Positions 1 to 8,409 are shown, numbered from the stretch's first letter. The stretch is DNA of 19,005 nucleotides from a virus (IMGVR_UViG_2703718854_000004), one strand, 5' to 3'. A program made the numbers and translations. The notes: generated by a model not told the origin, from the sequence alone.

Positions 1-1074
1 TCATTTGTCGATTTCAATTTTGTCCCATTCCCGTCCACGGCTGTCCCTATACCGCGCCGCCATTGAATCTGATTTATGCCCGAGAAGACGTTGAGCAAAC
101 TTATCGCCAATCTGGTTCCGGTATAGCCTCGCTGACAGGCTACGCAGTTCATGGAATGTTGGCGGGTTTCCATCAAATGAGAGTCCAGATGCATTTCTCG
201 CCTTTGTAAAATACTTTGATACTGTTTTCGGGGAAAGCTGATCGTGATGCTTTGATGCGATTATAGTTTCACTGCTGCTGGCCTCCCTGCATTTCTGTAG
301 TGTATCAGCCAATGAGATATTGAGCGCGTCAATCGTTAGCGTTAGTGGAATGGCGAGTTTAGCCCCTGTTTTACTCTGTTCAATGTGAAGATGGTTGTCG
401 TTTATGTCTGACCATTTCATTCTGCACAAATCGCCGACTCTCTGCCCTGTAACGACGGCCAAATCCATCGCCAGCCTTAGCCAGATAGGGAGAGGTTCGG
501 CTGCATGGTAAATCTCGACATACTCATTAGCTGTCAGCCTTGAGCGCCTTACTTCTGACTTTGCTGTACGGGTTGCTGTTACCGGATTCGTTGCCACATG
601 CCCCTCGGCTATTGCTTCACGAAAAACGTCAACAAGGGTTGACCTGATTAATTTTGCGGAAGCTGCTTTACCTTCTGCTACGTAGGTGTTTAGCATTGCT
701 GCCACTTCTTTCGTTGATATGTCAGTGAGCGGTTTGTCCGGCAATTTTCTTCGGATTGCCCTGATTTTGCTGGCGTAGTCGAGTAGAGTTTTCGGCCTGA
801 TCCCCCTTTCGGTGAGGATTCTTTCATATCGGTCAAGCCACACATGAAGAGTGATTGCGTCACCGCCTTTAATTCTGTCTATCAGTGATTTGCGTCCGCT
901 GTCTGAGAGTAACTCAATATTGGCCTGTATTGCTTCAGTGATTGCTATCCTCCTGTCTCGGCCTAATCCAAACTCTTTACCCGTCCTTGGGTCCCTGTAG
1001 CAGTAATATCCATTGTTTCTTATATAAAGGTTAGGGGGTAAATCCCGGCGCTCATGACTTCGCCTTCTTCCCAT
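1..1074 (-). CDS. int: Tyrosine site-specific integrase, lambda Int type (357 aa); window begins at its stop codon
   Basis: ORF translation (MGRRRSHERRDLPPNLYIRNNGYYCYRDPRTGKEFGLG...) matches remembered lambda Int along its length; C-terminal catalytic region with HELRSL and RY motifs; start overlaps xis 3' end as in lambda. Confidence 0.95.
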   Translation of the reverse strand: MGRRRSHERRDLPPNLYIRNNGYYCYRDPRTGKEFGLGRDRRIAITEAIQANIELLSDSGRKSLIDRIKGGDAITLHVWLDRYERILTERGIRPKTLLDYASKIRAIRRKLPDKPLTDISTKEVAAMLNTYVAEGKAASAKLIRSTLVDVFREAIAEGHVATNPVTATRTAKSEVRRSRLTANEYVEIYHAAEPLPIWLRLAMDLAVVTGQRVGDLCRMKWSDINDNHLHIEQSKTGAKLAIPLTLTIDALNISLADTLQKCREASSSETIIASKHHDQLSPKTVSKYFTKARNASGLSFDGNPPTFHELRSLSARLYRNQIGDKFAQRLLGHKSDSMAARYRDSRGREWDKIEIDK

Positions 1075-1270
1075 TTCTGATCCTCTTCAAAAGGCTACCT
1101 GTTACTGGTCGATTTAAGTCAACCTTTACCGCTGATTCGTGGAACAGATACTCTCTTCCATCCTTAACCGGAGGAGGGAATATCCTGCACTCGCGTACCC
1201 ATCGACGAACTGTTTCAAGGCTTCTTGGGCGTCGCTGGCGTGCGTTCCACTCCTGAAGTGTCAAGTACAT
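1052..1270 (-). CDS. xis: Excisionase Xis (72 aa)
   Basis: Translation MYLTLQEWNARQRRPRSLETVRRWVRECRIFPPPVKDGREYLF... matches remembered lambda Xis; 23-nt overlap with int start. Confidence 0.93.
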   Translation of the reverse strand: MYLTLQEWNARQRRPRSLETVRRWVRECRIFPPPVKDGREYLFHESAVKVDLNRPVTGSLLKRIRNGKKAKS

Positions 1271-1565
1271 CGCAAAGTCTCCGCAATTACACGCAAGAAA
1301 AAACCGCCATCAGGCGGCTTGGTGTTCTTTCAGTTCTTCAATTCGAATATTGGTTACGTCTGCATGTGCTATCTGCGCCCACAGCATCCAGTGGTCATAG
1401 CAGTCGCTGATGTTCTCGGCTTCGATAACTCTGTTGAATGGTTCTCCATTCCATTCACCTGTAACTCGGAAGTGCATTTATCATCTCCATAAAACAAAAC
1501 TCGCCGTAGCGAGTTCAGATAAAAGAAATCCCCGCGAGTGCGAGGATAGTTACTTGTTCATATTA

Positions 1566-1847
1566 TTAATCGTCAATGTATTTTGAGCATTGTGGGCAAT
1601 CATCGATCCCACAATACGATTCATATGCATCCTTTATTGCGTCGCGGGCTTCAGTAAGAGTATTGAATAAGTTGCAGCTATTATCTTTTTGATATAGGTA
1701 AGTTCCTAATTTATAAGCAGAAGAAGCATCATTTCCGCTGTCTAAAATTACATCGTTATGGATTCTGCACCTTGCAAGAACTCCTGATCCCATAAGGGTC
1801 TGCATAGCCCATTGCTCTTGATCTTCACACAAATCATGAATGCTCAT
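1566..1847 (-). CDS. ea8.5: Ea8.5-like small Cys-rich protein (93 aa from internal ATG; six-frame ORF extends to 1865)
   Basis: Same position (about 295 bp beyond xis) and same length (282 bp) as lambda ea8.5; several Cys pairs; start choice MSIHDL is by size analogy, not verified. Confidence 0.55.
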   Translation of the reverse strand: MSIHDLCEDQEQWAMQTLMGSGVLARCRIHNDVILDSGNDASSAYKLGTYLYQKDNSCNLFNTLTEARDAIKDAYESYCGIDDCPQCSKYIDD

Positions 1848-1961
1848 TTCAACACCTCTCTTCACGTTTCACACACGTTAAGATTAACAGTGTTTTTACA
1901 TGCTTTGGAAGATTTATTTTATAAAAACTCTTTTAATACAAATAGATATAATAGTTCACTA

Positions 1962-2630
1962 TTATAGCTCCTTTAATCGAGGCGGTTCTGGTAGAGGCAT
2001 CCAGTGGGTTACCTCTTTGAGATACAGGTCTTCGCCATCACCGTCATCCCAAGTTGGATTGCCATCATTAAACCAGTCGCCATATACGCCGACCTGAGTG
2101 TTGGGGATGTTTGGTGGGTAGTTGTTTTTAAAGTCAGCTGCTAACACATAGCATTGTCGCTCTCCCATTTCTGGCATTCGCTCACTACAGCTTATCCAAC
2201 CATCCGGAGTTACCGGATAGTTGCCGGGTTCTTTAATGTGCAAGCGAGGCTCACCATCTTTTGGCTCAGGCCACTGGCGCTCCATGTTGATCTTCAATTT
2301 ATCTTCCATAGCAGCGGTAATTTCAGCATCGCTGATGCCAGCACGGCGCTGTGCATCCCACAACAGAAACTGCATATCAGCCCACTCGCTAAGATCGTCT
2401 GGTTCGGCTGCGGCTTCCAGTGCCTCTTTTGAGAGATGTTTCAGCGGACCAATGGGGCCAACGCAGCCAAATGTGGAGTCAGACCATTTGGCATGCTCGT
2501 GGCGAATCTGTTCGCGTTCCAGTGATGCCAGTGCAATTCGTGCCAGTTCCATTTGTTCGCCACGAGTAAGTCCGTTATCAAGCGGATTTTTAATGAATAA
2601 TTTGATACGTTCTTTGGTTATAGCGCTCAT
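1962..2630 (-). CDS. Two-domain protein: N-terminal MazG-like nucleotide pyrophosphohydrolase-like region (DUF550-like) plus C-terminal DUF551-like region (222 aa)
   Basis: Strong RBS AAGGAG 7 nt upstream of ATG at 2630 (ORF track start at 2663 is probably upstream of the real start); motif EWADMQFLLWDAQRRAGISDAEITAAMEDKLKINMERQW resembles MazG-type helices; C-terminus THWMPLPEPP resembles DUF551; occupies the variable ea22 region. Confidence 0.65.
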   Translation of the reverse strand: MSAITKERIKLFIKNPLDNGLTRGEQMELARIALASLEREQIRHEHAKWSDSTFGCVGPIGPLKHLSKEALEAAAEPDDLSEWADMQFLLWDAQRRAGISDAEITAAMEDKLKINMERQWPEPKDGEPRLHIKEPGNYPVTPDGWISCSERMPEMGERQCYVLAADFKNNYPPNIPNTQVGVYGDWFNDGNPTWDDGDGEDLYLKEVTHWMPLPEPPRLKEL

Positions 2631-2631
2631 A

Positions 2632-3048
2632 TCACTCTCCTTTGATGCGAATGCCTGTTGCAATGCTGTTTATGATGCTGTCAGTGCATGGGGTAGAAAG
2701 CTGGGCATCTCCAGCAATTCTCATGACCTCAACATCTGCATATCGAATACCGAGGTGTATCAGACCGGCTATACCTGACTTAAGCCGAGCATTTTCCATA
2801 AACAGATCCTTTGCCCGCTGTTTTTCTGCCTCAAGCTCAACGCGCAACTTCCCTACCGTTAACGCAATATCCTCGTTCTCTTGGTCGCGGCGTTTGATGT
2901 ATTGCTGGTTTCTTTCCCGTTCATCCAGCAGTGCCAGCACAACCTGAGGTGTGACTTTCATACGAAATGCCAGCAATTTTTGAGGCGTTGCTACTGTTTC
3001 AATTGCTACTGCCGCCTCACGCAGTGCCTGAGAGTTAATTTCGCTCAC
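2632..3048 (-). CDS. Ea22-like coiled-coil protein (138 aa), apparent GTG start overlapping upstream stop (GTGA)
   Basis: N-terminus MSEINSQALREAA and the segment LLDERERNQQYIKRRDQENEDIALTVGKLRVELE resemble remembered lambda Ea22; stop abuts next gene start. Confidence 0.55.
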   Translation of the reverse strand: MSEINSQALREAAVAIETVATPQKLLAFRMKVTPQVVLALLDERERNQQYIKRRDQENEDIALTVGKLRVELEAEKQRAKDLFMENARLKSGIAGLIHLGIRYADVEVMRIAGDAQLSTPCTDSIINSIATGIRIKGE

Positions 3049-3266
3049 TTCGAACCTCTCTGTTTACTGATAAGCTCCAGATCCTCCTGGCAACTTGCAC
3101 AAGTCCGACAACCCTGAACGACCAGGCGTCTTCGTTCATCTATGGGATCGCCACACTCACAACAATGAGTGGCAGATATAGCCTGGTGGTTCAGGCGGCG
3201 CATTTTTATTGCTGTGTTGCGCTGTAATTCTTCAATTTCTGATGCTGAATCAATGATGTCTGCCAT
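3045..3266 (-). CDS. orf73: TraR/DksA-family C4 zinc-finger protein (73 aa), lambda Orf73-like
   Basis: Four-Cys motif CCECGDPIDERRRLVVQGCRTCASC typical of the TraR/DksA zinc finger; size and position as in lambda. Confidence 0.7.
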   Translation of the reverse strand: MADIIDSASEIEELQRNTAIKMRRLNHQAISATHCCECGDPIDERRRLVVQGCRTCASCQEDLELISKQRGSK

Positions 3267-3364
3267 CTTCCATTAATCCCTGAATTATTGGTTAATACGC
3301 TTGAGGGTGAATGCGAACAATAAAAAAGGAGCCTGTAGCTCCCTGATGATTTTGCTTTTCATGT

Positions 3365-3676
3365 TCATCGCTCCTTAAAGACGCCGTTTAACATGCCGAT
3401 CGCCAGACTTAAATGAGTCGGTGTGAATCCCATCAGCGTTACCGTTTCGCGGTGCTTCTTCAGTACGCTACGGCAAATGTCATCGACGTTTTTATCCGGA
3501 AACTGCTGTCTGGCTTTTTTGATTTCAGAGTTAGCCAGACGGGCAATGCTGCGAAGGGCGTTTTCTTGCTGAGGTGTCATTGAACAAGTCCCATGTCGGC
3601 AAGCATAAGCACACAAAATATGAAGCCCGCTGCCAGAAAAATGCATTCCGTGGTTGTCATACCTGGTCTCTCTCAT
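3365..3676 (-). CDS. Hypothetical protein at the lambda orf61 position (103 aa as drawn; alternative start at 3580 gives 71 aa)
   Basis: ORF overlaps the next gene start by 20 nt as lambda orf61 does with orf63; no recognisable domain; start uncertain. Confidence 0.45.
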   Translation of the reverse strand: MRETRYDNHGMHFSGSGLHILCAYACRHGTCSMTPQQENALRSIARLANSEIKKARQQFPDKNVDDICRSVLKKHRETVTLMGFTPTHLSLAIGMLNGVFKER

Positions 3677-3848
3677 CTGCTTCTGCTTTCGCCACCATCA
3701 TTTCCAGCTTTTGTGAAAGGGATGCGGCTAACGTATGAAATTCTTCGTCTGTTTCTACTGGTATTGGCACAAACCTGACTCCAATTTGAGCGAGGCTATG
3801 TGCCATCTCGATACTCGTTCTTAACTCAACAGGAGATGCTTTGTGCAT
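3657..3848 (-). CDS. orf63: Lambda orf63-like small protein (63 aa)
   Basis: Exact length and 28-nt overlap with the next gene as in lambda orf63/orf60a. Confidence 0.6.
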   Translation of the reverse strand: MHKASPVELRTSIEMAHSLAQIGVRFVPIPVETDEEFHTLAASLSQKLEMMVAKAEADERDQV

Positions 3849-4009
3849 ACAGCCCCTCGTTTATTATTTATCTCCTCAGCCAGCCGCTGTGCTTTCAGTG
3901 GATTTCGGATAACAGAAAGGCCGGGAAATACCCAGCCTCGCTTTGTAACGGAGTAGACGAAAGTAATCGCGCCTACCCGGATATTATCGTGAGGATGCGT
4001 CATCGCCAT
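3821..4009 (-). CDS. orf60a: Lambda orf60a-like small protein (62 aa), translationally coupled to exo (ATGGCGATGA overlap)
   Basis: Start ATG lies inside the last codons of exo; position identical to lambda orf60a. Confidence 0.6.
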   Translation of the reverse strand: MAMTHPHDNIRVGAITFVYSVTKRGWVFPGLSVIRNPLKAQRLAEEINNKRGAVCTKHLLLS

Positions 4010-4680
4010 TGCTCCCCAAATACAAAACCAATTTCAGCCAGTGCCTCGTCCATTTTTTCGATGAACTCCGGCACCATCTCGTCAAAACTCGCTATGTACT
4101 TTTCATCCCGCTCAACCACGACATAATGCAGGCCTTCACGCTTCATACGCGGGTCATAGTTGGCAAAGTACCAGGCATCTTTTCGCGTCACCCACATGCT
4201 GTACTGCACCTGGGCCATGTAAGCCGACTTTATGGCCTCGAAACCACCGAGCCGGAACTTCATGAAATCCCGGGAGGTAAACGGGCATTTCAGTTCAAGG
4301 CCGTTGCCATCACTGCATAAACCATCGGGAGAGCAGGCGGTGCGCATACTTTCGTCGCGATAGATGATCGGGGATTCAGTAACATTCACGCCGGAAGTGA
4401 ATTCAAACAGGGTTCTGGCGTCGTTCTCGTACTGTTTTCCCCAGGCCAGCGCCTTAGCATTAACTTCCGGAGCCACACCGGTGCAAACCTCAGCCAGCAG
4501 GGTGTGGAAGTAGGACATTTTCATGTCAGGCCACTTCTTTCCTGAGCGGGGCTTTGCTATCACGTTGTGAACTTCTGAAGCGGTGATGACGCCGAGCCGT
4601 AATTTGTGCCATGCATCATCCCCCTGTTCGACAGCTCTCACGTCGATCCCGGTACGCTGCAGGATAATGTCCGGTGTCAT
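4000..4680 (-). CDS. exo: Lambda exonuclease (Red alpha, 226 aa)
   Basis: Translation [44 protein letters not shown]... matches remembered lambda Exo; ATGA overlap with bet stop. Confidence 0.97.
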   Translation of the reverse strand: MTPDIILQRTGIDVRAVEQGDDAWHKLRLGVITASEVHNVIAKPRSGKKWPDMKMSYFHTLLAEVCTGVAPEVNAKALAWGKQYENDARTLFEFTSGVNVTESPIIYRDESMRTACSPDGLCSDGNGLELKCPFTSRDFMKFRLGGFEAIKSAYMAQVQYSMWVTRKDAWYFANYDPRMKREGLHYVVVERDEKYIASFDEMVPEFIEKMDEALAEIGFVFGEQWR

Positions 4681-5462
4681 GCAGCCACCTTCTGTTCAGA
4701 GGCTTTCTGTTTCAGGAATCCAAGAGCTTTCACTGCTTCGGCCTGTGTCAGTTCTGACGATGCGCGAATGTCGCGGCGAAATATCTGGGAACAGAGCGGC
4801 AATAAGTCGTCATCCCATGTTTTATCCAGGGCGATCAGCAGAGTGTTAATCTCCTGCATGGTTTCATCGTTAACCGGAGTGATGTCGCGTTCTGGCTGAC
4901 GTTCTGCAGTGTATGCAGTATTTTCGACAATGCGCTCGGCTTCATCCTTGTCATAGATACCAGCAAATCCGAAGGCCAGACGGGCACACTGAATCATGGC
5001 TTTATGCCGTAACATCCGTTTGGGATGCGACTGCCACGGCCCCGTGATTTCTCTGCCTTCGCGGGTTTTGAATGGTTCGCGGCGGCATTCATCCATCCAC
5101 TCGGTAACGCAGATCGGATGATTACGGTCCTTGCGGTAAATCCGGCATGTGCAGGATTCATTGTCCTGCTCAAAGTCCATGCCATCAAACTGCTGGTTTT
5201 CATTGATGATGCGGGACCAGCCATCAACGCCCACCACCGGAACGATGCCGTTCTGCTTATCAGGGAAGGCGTAAATTTCTTTCGTCCACGGATTAAGGCC
5301 GTACTGGTTGGCGACGATCAACAATGCGATGAACTGCGCATCGCTGGCATCACCTTTAAATGCCGTCTGGCGAAGAGTGGTGATCAGTTCCTGTGGGTCG
5401 ACAGAATCCATGCCGACACGTTCAGCCAGCTTCCCAGCCAGCGTTGCGAGTGCTGTACTCAT
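4677..5462 (-). CDS. bet: Single-strand annealing recombinase Bet (Red beta, 261 aa)
   Basis: Translation [59 protein letters not shown]... matches remembered lambda Bet. Confidence 0.97.
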   Translation of the reverse strand: MSTALATLAGKLAERVGMDSVDPQELITTLRQTAFKGDASDAQFIALLIVANQYGLNPWTKEIYAFPDKQNGIVPVVGVDGWSRIINENQQFDGMDFEQDNESCTCRIYRKDRNHPICVTEWMDECRREPFKTREGREITGPWQSHPKRMLRHKAMIQCARLAFGFAGIYDKDEAERIVENTAYTAERQPERDITPVNDETMQEINTLLIALDKTWDDDLLPLCSQIFRRDIRASSELTQAEAVKALGFLKQKASEQKVAA

Positions 5463-5467
5463 CCGTT

Positions 5468-5764
5468 TTATACCTCTGAATCAATATCAACCTGGTGGTG
5501 AGCAATGGTTTCAACCATGTACCGGATGTGTTCTGCCATGCGCTCCTGAAACTCAACATCGTCATCGAACGCACGGGTAATGGCTTTTTTGCTGACCCCG
5601 TGGCGTTGCAAATGATCGATGCATAGCGATTCAAACAAATGCTGGGGCAGACCCTTTTCCAGGTCGTCTGCCAGTTCTGCCTCTTTCTCTTCACGGGCGA
5701 TCTGCTGGTAGTGACGCGCCCAGCTCTGAGCCTCAAGACGATCCTGAATGTAATAAGCGTTCAT
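5468..5764 (-). CDS. gam: Gam, RecBCD inhibitor, short form (98 aa)
   Basis: Translation [34 protein letters not shown]... matches remembered lambda Gam; the long-form upstream ATG at 5885 is out of frame (see findings). Confidence 0.92.
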   Translation of the reverse strand: MNAYYIQDRLEAQSWARHYQQIAREEKEAELADDLEKGLPQHLFESLCIDHLQRHGVSKKAITRAFDDDVEFQERMAEHIRYMVETIAHHQVDIDSEV

Positions 5765-5839
5765 GGCTGAACTCCTGAAAATGGCTGTGAAAATATCGCC
5801 CGCGAAATGCCAGGCTGATTAGGAAAACAGGAAAGGGGA

Positions 5840-5983
5840 TTAGTGAATGCTTTTGCTTGATCTCAGTTTCAGTATTAATATCCATTTTTTATAAGCGTCG
5901 ACGGCCTCACGAAACATCTTTTCATCGCCAATAAAAGTGGCGATAGTGAATTTAGTCTGGATAGCCATAAGTGTTTGATCCAT
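5840..5983 (-). CDS. kil: Kil host-killing protein (47 aa)
   Basis: Internal ATG of the 89-aa six-frame ORF gives [47 protein letters not shown], matching remembered lambda Kil; overlaps both the long gam start and cIII as in lambda. Confidence 0.8.
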   Translation of the reverse strand: MDQTLMAIQTKFTIATFIGDEKMFREAVDAYKKWILILKLRSSKSIH

Positions 5984-6116
5984 TTTTTGGGACTCCTGGC
6001 TGATTAAGTATGTCGATAAGGCGTTTCCATCCGTCACGTAATTTACGGGTGATTCGTTCAAGTAAAGATTCGGAAGGGCAGCCAGCAACAGGCCACCCTG
6101 CAATGGCATATTGCAT
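5952..6116 (-). CDS. cIII: cIII, FtsH (HflB) protease inhibitor (54 aa)
   Basis: Hand translation of the minus strand gives [54 protein letters not shown], matching remembered lambda cIII; below the 60-aa cutoff of the ORF track. Confidence 0.85.
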   Translation of the reverse strand: MQYAIAGWPVAGCPSESLLERITRKLRDGWKRLIDILNQPGVPKNGSNTYGYPD

Positions 6117-6188
6117 GGTGTGCTCCTTATTTATACATAACGAAAAACGCCTCGAGTGAAGCGTTATTGGTATGCGGTAACGCTGCGC

Positions 6189-6557
6189 TCAGGCGGCTTT
6201 GATAGTCATATCATCTGAATCAAATATTCCTGATGTATCGATATCGGTAATTCTTATTCCTTCGCTACCATCCATTGGAGGCCATCCTTCCTGACCATTT
6301 CCATCATTCCAGTCGAACTCACACACAACACTATATGCATTTAAGTCGCTTGAAATTGCTATAAGCAGAGCATGTTGCGCCAGCATGATTAATACAGCAT
6401 TTAATACAGAGCCGTGTTTATTGAGTCGGTATTCAGAGTCTGACCAGAAATTATTAATCTGGTGAAGTTTTTCCTCTGTCATTACGTCATGGTCGATTTC
6501 AATTTCTATTGATGCTTTCCAGTCGTAATCAATGATGTATTTTTTGATGTTTGACAT
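6189..6557 (-). CDS. ea10: Ea10 protein (122 aa)
   Basis: Size (369 bp) and position between cIII and ral identical to lambda ea10. Confidence 0.75.
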   Translation of the reverse strand: MSNIKKYIIDYDWKASIEIEIDHDVMTEEKLHQINNFWSDSEYRLNKHGSVLNAVLIMLAQHALLIAISSDLNAYSVVCEFDWNDGNGQEGWPPMDGSEGIRITDIDTSGIFDSDDMTIKAA

Positions 6558-6574
6558 CTATTCATATCCTCATA

Positions 6575-6604
6575 GATAAAAAATCGCCCTCACACTGGAG
6601 GGCA
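6575..6604 (-). terminator. Intrinsic terminator-like hairpin for leftward transcripts (tL2-like)
   Basis: Stem CGCCCTC / GAGGGC with 6-nt loop, followed on the minus strand by AUUUUUUAUC; lies between ral and ea10. Confidence 0.45.
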
Positions 6605-6760
6605 AAGAAGATTTCCAATAATCAGAACAAGTCGGCTCCTGTTTAGTTACGAGCGACATTGCTCCGTGTATTCACTCGTTGGAATGAATACACAGTGCAG
6701 TGTTTATTCTGTTATTTATGCCAAAAATAAAGGCCACTATCAGGCAGCTTTGTTGTTCTG

Positions 6761-6940
6761 TTAACCAAGTTCTCTGGCAATCATTGCCGTCGTTCGTATT
6801 GCCCATTTATCGACATATTTCCCATCTTCCATTACAGGAAACATTTCTTCAGGCTTAACCATACATTCCGATTGCAGCTTGCATCCATTGCATCGCTTGA
6901 ATTGTCCACACCATTGATTTTTATCAATAGTCGTAGTCAT
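6761..6940 (-). CDS. ral: Ral restriction-alleviation protein, 59 aa as read (apparently 7 codons shorter than lambda Ral)
   Basis: Hand translation MTTTIDKNQWCGQFKRCNGCKLQSECMVKPEEMFPVMEDGKYVDKWAIRTTAMIARELG then TAA; frame continues QNNKAA to a TGA. Confidence 0.75.
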   Translation of the reverse strand: MTTTIDKNQWCGQFKRCNGCKLQSECMVKPEEMFPVMEDGKYVDKWAIRTTAMIARELG

Positions 6941-7010
6941 ACGGATAGTCCTGGTATTGTTCCATCACATCCTGAGGATGCTCTTCGAACTCTTCAAATT
7001 CTTCTTCCAT
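6924..7010 (-). CDS. orf28: Lambda orf28-like acidic micro-ORF (28 aa)
   Basis: Hand translation MEEEFEEFEEHPQDVMEQYQDYPYDYDY; overlaps ral start as in lambda. Confidence 0.55.
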   Translation of the reverse strand: MEEEFEEFEEHPQDVMEQYQDYPYDYDY

Positions 7011-7137
7011 ATATCACCTTAAATAGTGGATTGCGGTAGTAAAGATTGTGCCTGTCTTTTAACCACATCAGGCTCGGTGGTTCTCGTGTACCCCTACAGC
7101 GAGAAATCGGATAAACTATTACAACCCCTACAGTTTG

Positions 7138-7689
7138 ATGAGTATAGAAATGGATCTACTCGTTATTCTCGGACGAGTGTTCAGTAATGAACCTTTGGAG
7201 AGAACCATGTATATGATCGTTATCTGGGTTGGACTTCTGCTTTTAAGCCCAGATAACTGGCCTGAATATGTTAATGAGAGAATCGGTATTCCTCATGTGT
7301 GGCATGTTTTCGTCTTTGCTCTTGCATTTTCGCTAGCAATTAATGTGCATCGATTATCAGCTATTGCCAGCGCCAGATATAAGCGATTTAAGCTAAGAAA
7401 ACGCATGAAGATGCAAAACGATAAAGTGCGATCAGTAATTCAAAACCTTACAGAAGAGCAATCTATGGTTTTGTGCGCAGCCCTTAATGAAGGCAGGAAG
7501 TATGTGGTTACATCAAAACAATTCCCATACATTAGTGAGTTGATTGAGCTTGGTGTGTTGAACAAAACTTTTTCCCGATGGAACGGGAAGCATATATTAT
7601 TCCCTATTGAGGATATTTACTGGACTGAATTAGTTGCCAGCTATGATCCATATAATATTGAGATAAAGCCAAGGCCAATATCTAAGTAA
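7138..7689 (+). CDS. sieB: Superinfection exclusion protein SieB (about 183 aa), membrane protein
   Basis: Position between ral and N, opposite strand; hydrophobic N-terminal segments (IVIWVGLLLLSP, VFVFALAFSLAINV); first ATG at 7138. Confidence 0.8.
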   Translation: MSIEMDLLVILGRVFSNEPLERTMYMIVIWVGLLLLSPDNWPEYVNERIGIPHVWHVFVFALAFSLAINVHRLSAIASARYKRFKLRKRMKMQNDKVRSVIQNLTEEQSMVLCAALNEGRKYVVTSKQFPYISELIELGVLNKTFSRWNGKHILFPIEDIYWTELVASYDPYNIEIKPRPISK

Positions 7690-7932
7690 CTAGGTAAGAG
7701 GAATCGATTTTCCCTTAATTTTCTGGCGTCCACTGCATGTTATGCCGCGTTCGCCAGGCTTGCTGTACCATGTGCGCTGATTCTTGCGCTCAATACGTTG
7801 CAGGTTGCTTTCAATCTGTTTGTGGTATTCAGCCAGCACTGTAAGGTCTATCGGATTTAGTGCGCTTTCTACTCGTGATTTCGGTTTGCGATTCAGCGAG
7901 AGAATAGGGCGGTTAACTGGTTTTGCGCTTAC
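7690..7932 (-). pseudogene. N: N antiterminator remnant: C-terminal ~80 codons only, no start codon, arginine-rich RNA-binding N-terminus missing
   Basis: Minus-strand translation VSAKPVNRPILSLNRKPKSRVESALNPIDLTVLAEYHKQIESNLQRIERKNQRTWYSKPGERGITCSGRQKIKGKSIPL matches lambda N residues ~28-106; in-frame TAG four codons upstream of the homology boundary. Confidence 0.8.
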
Positions 7933-7972
7933 AGTACGGAACTAAACGCGGTAAAGCCGCTTAAGACATTCC

Positions 7973-8004
7973 CGCTCTTACACATCCCCGCCCTGAAAAA
8001 GGGC
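7973..8004 (+). promoter_or_regulatory. nutR site: boxA (CGCTCTTA) and boxB hairpin (GCCCTGAAAAAGGGC)
   Basis: Exact boxA and boxB consensus visible in sequence, followed by the lambda tR1/cII leader. Confidence 0.8.
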
Positions 8005-8083
8005 ATCCAATTAAACCACACCTATGGTGTATGCATTTATTTGCATACATTCAATCAATTGTTATCTAAGGAAATACTTACAT

Positions 8084-8377
8084 ATGGTTCGTGCAAACAA
8101 ACGCAACGAGGCTCTACGAATCGAGAGTGCGTTGCTTAACAAAATCGCAATGCTTGGAACTGAGAAGACAGCGGAAGCTGTGGGAGTTGATAAGTCGCAG
8201 ATCAGCAGGTGGAAGAGGGACTGGATTCCAAAGTTCTCAATGCTGCTTGCTGTTCTTGAATGGGGTGTCGTTGACGACGACATGGCTCGATTGGCACGAC
8301 AAGTTGCTGCGATTCTCACCAATAAAAAACGCCCGGCGGCAACCGAGCGTTCTGAACAAATCCAGATGGAGTTCTGA
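8084..8377 (+). CDS. cII: Transcriptional activator cII (97 aa)
   Basis: Translation from ATG 8084 MVRANKRNEALRIESALLNKIAMLGTEKTAEAVGVDKSQISRWKRDW... matches remembered lambda cII; the ORF-track start at 8024 is an upstream non-ATG extension. Confidence 0.95.
   Translation: MVRANKRNEALRIESALLNKIAMLGTEKTAEAVGVDKSQISRWKRDWIPKFSMLLAVLEWGVVDDDMARLARQVAAILTNKKRPAATERSEQIQMEF
8092..8105 (-). promoter_or_regulatory. cII binding repeats TTGC-N6-TTGC of pRE (-35 region), inside the cII 5' coding sequence
   Basis: Minus strand reads TTGCGTTTGTTTGC; known pRE architecture in lambda. Its targets (cro antisense, cI) are absent here. Confidence 0.5.
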
Positions 8378-8409
8378 GGTCATTACTGGATCAATCTACA
8401 GGAGTCATT

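Noticed and set aside
1-60. attP/attL core next to int
   Set aside because: The window starts exactly at the int stop codon, so the att core (which lies beyond the 3' end of int in lambda) would be outside the window
1139-1492. Plus-strand ORFs overlapping xis and the xis-ea8.5 spacer
   Set aside because: Antisense to xis and continuing into non-coding sequence; no RBS
4994-5501. ORFs antisense to bet (158 aa plus, 77 aa minus)
   Set aside because: Entirely nested in or opposite to the well-supported bet gene; typical frame-shadow ORFs
8041-8069. Possible sigma70 promoter (TTGCAT ... TATCTA) upstream of cII that could replace the missing pR
   Set aside because: Only a weak match to consensus, and in lambda this is the known tR1/cII leader; it cannot be supported as a promoter from sequence alone
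8024-8083. Upstream extension of cII (117-aa version)
   Set aside because: The extension covers the tR1/cII leader; the established cII start is MVRANKR at 8084
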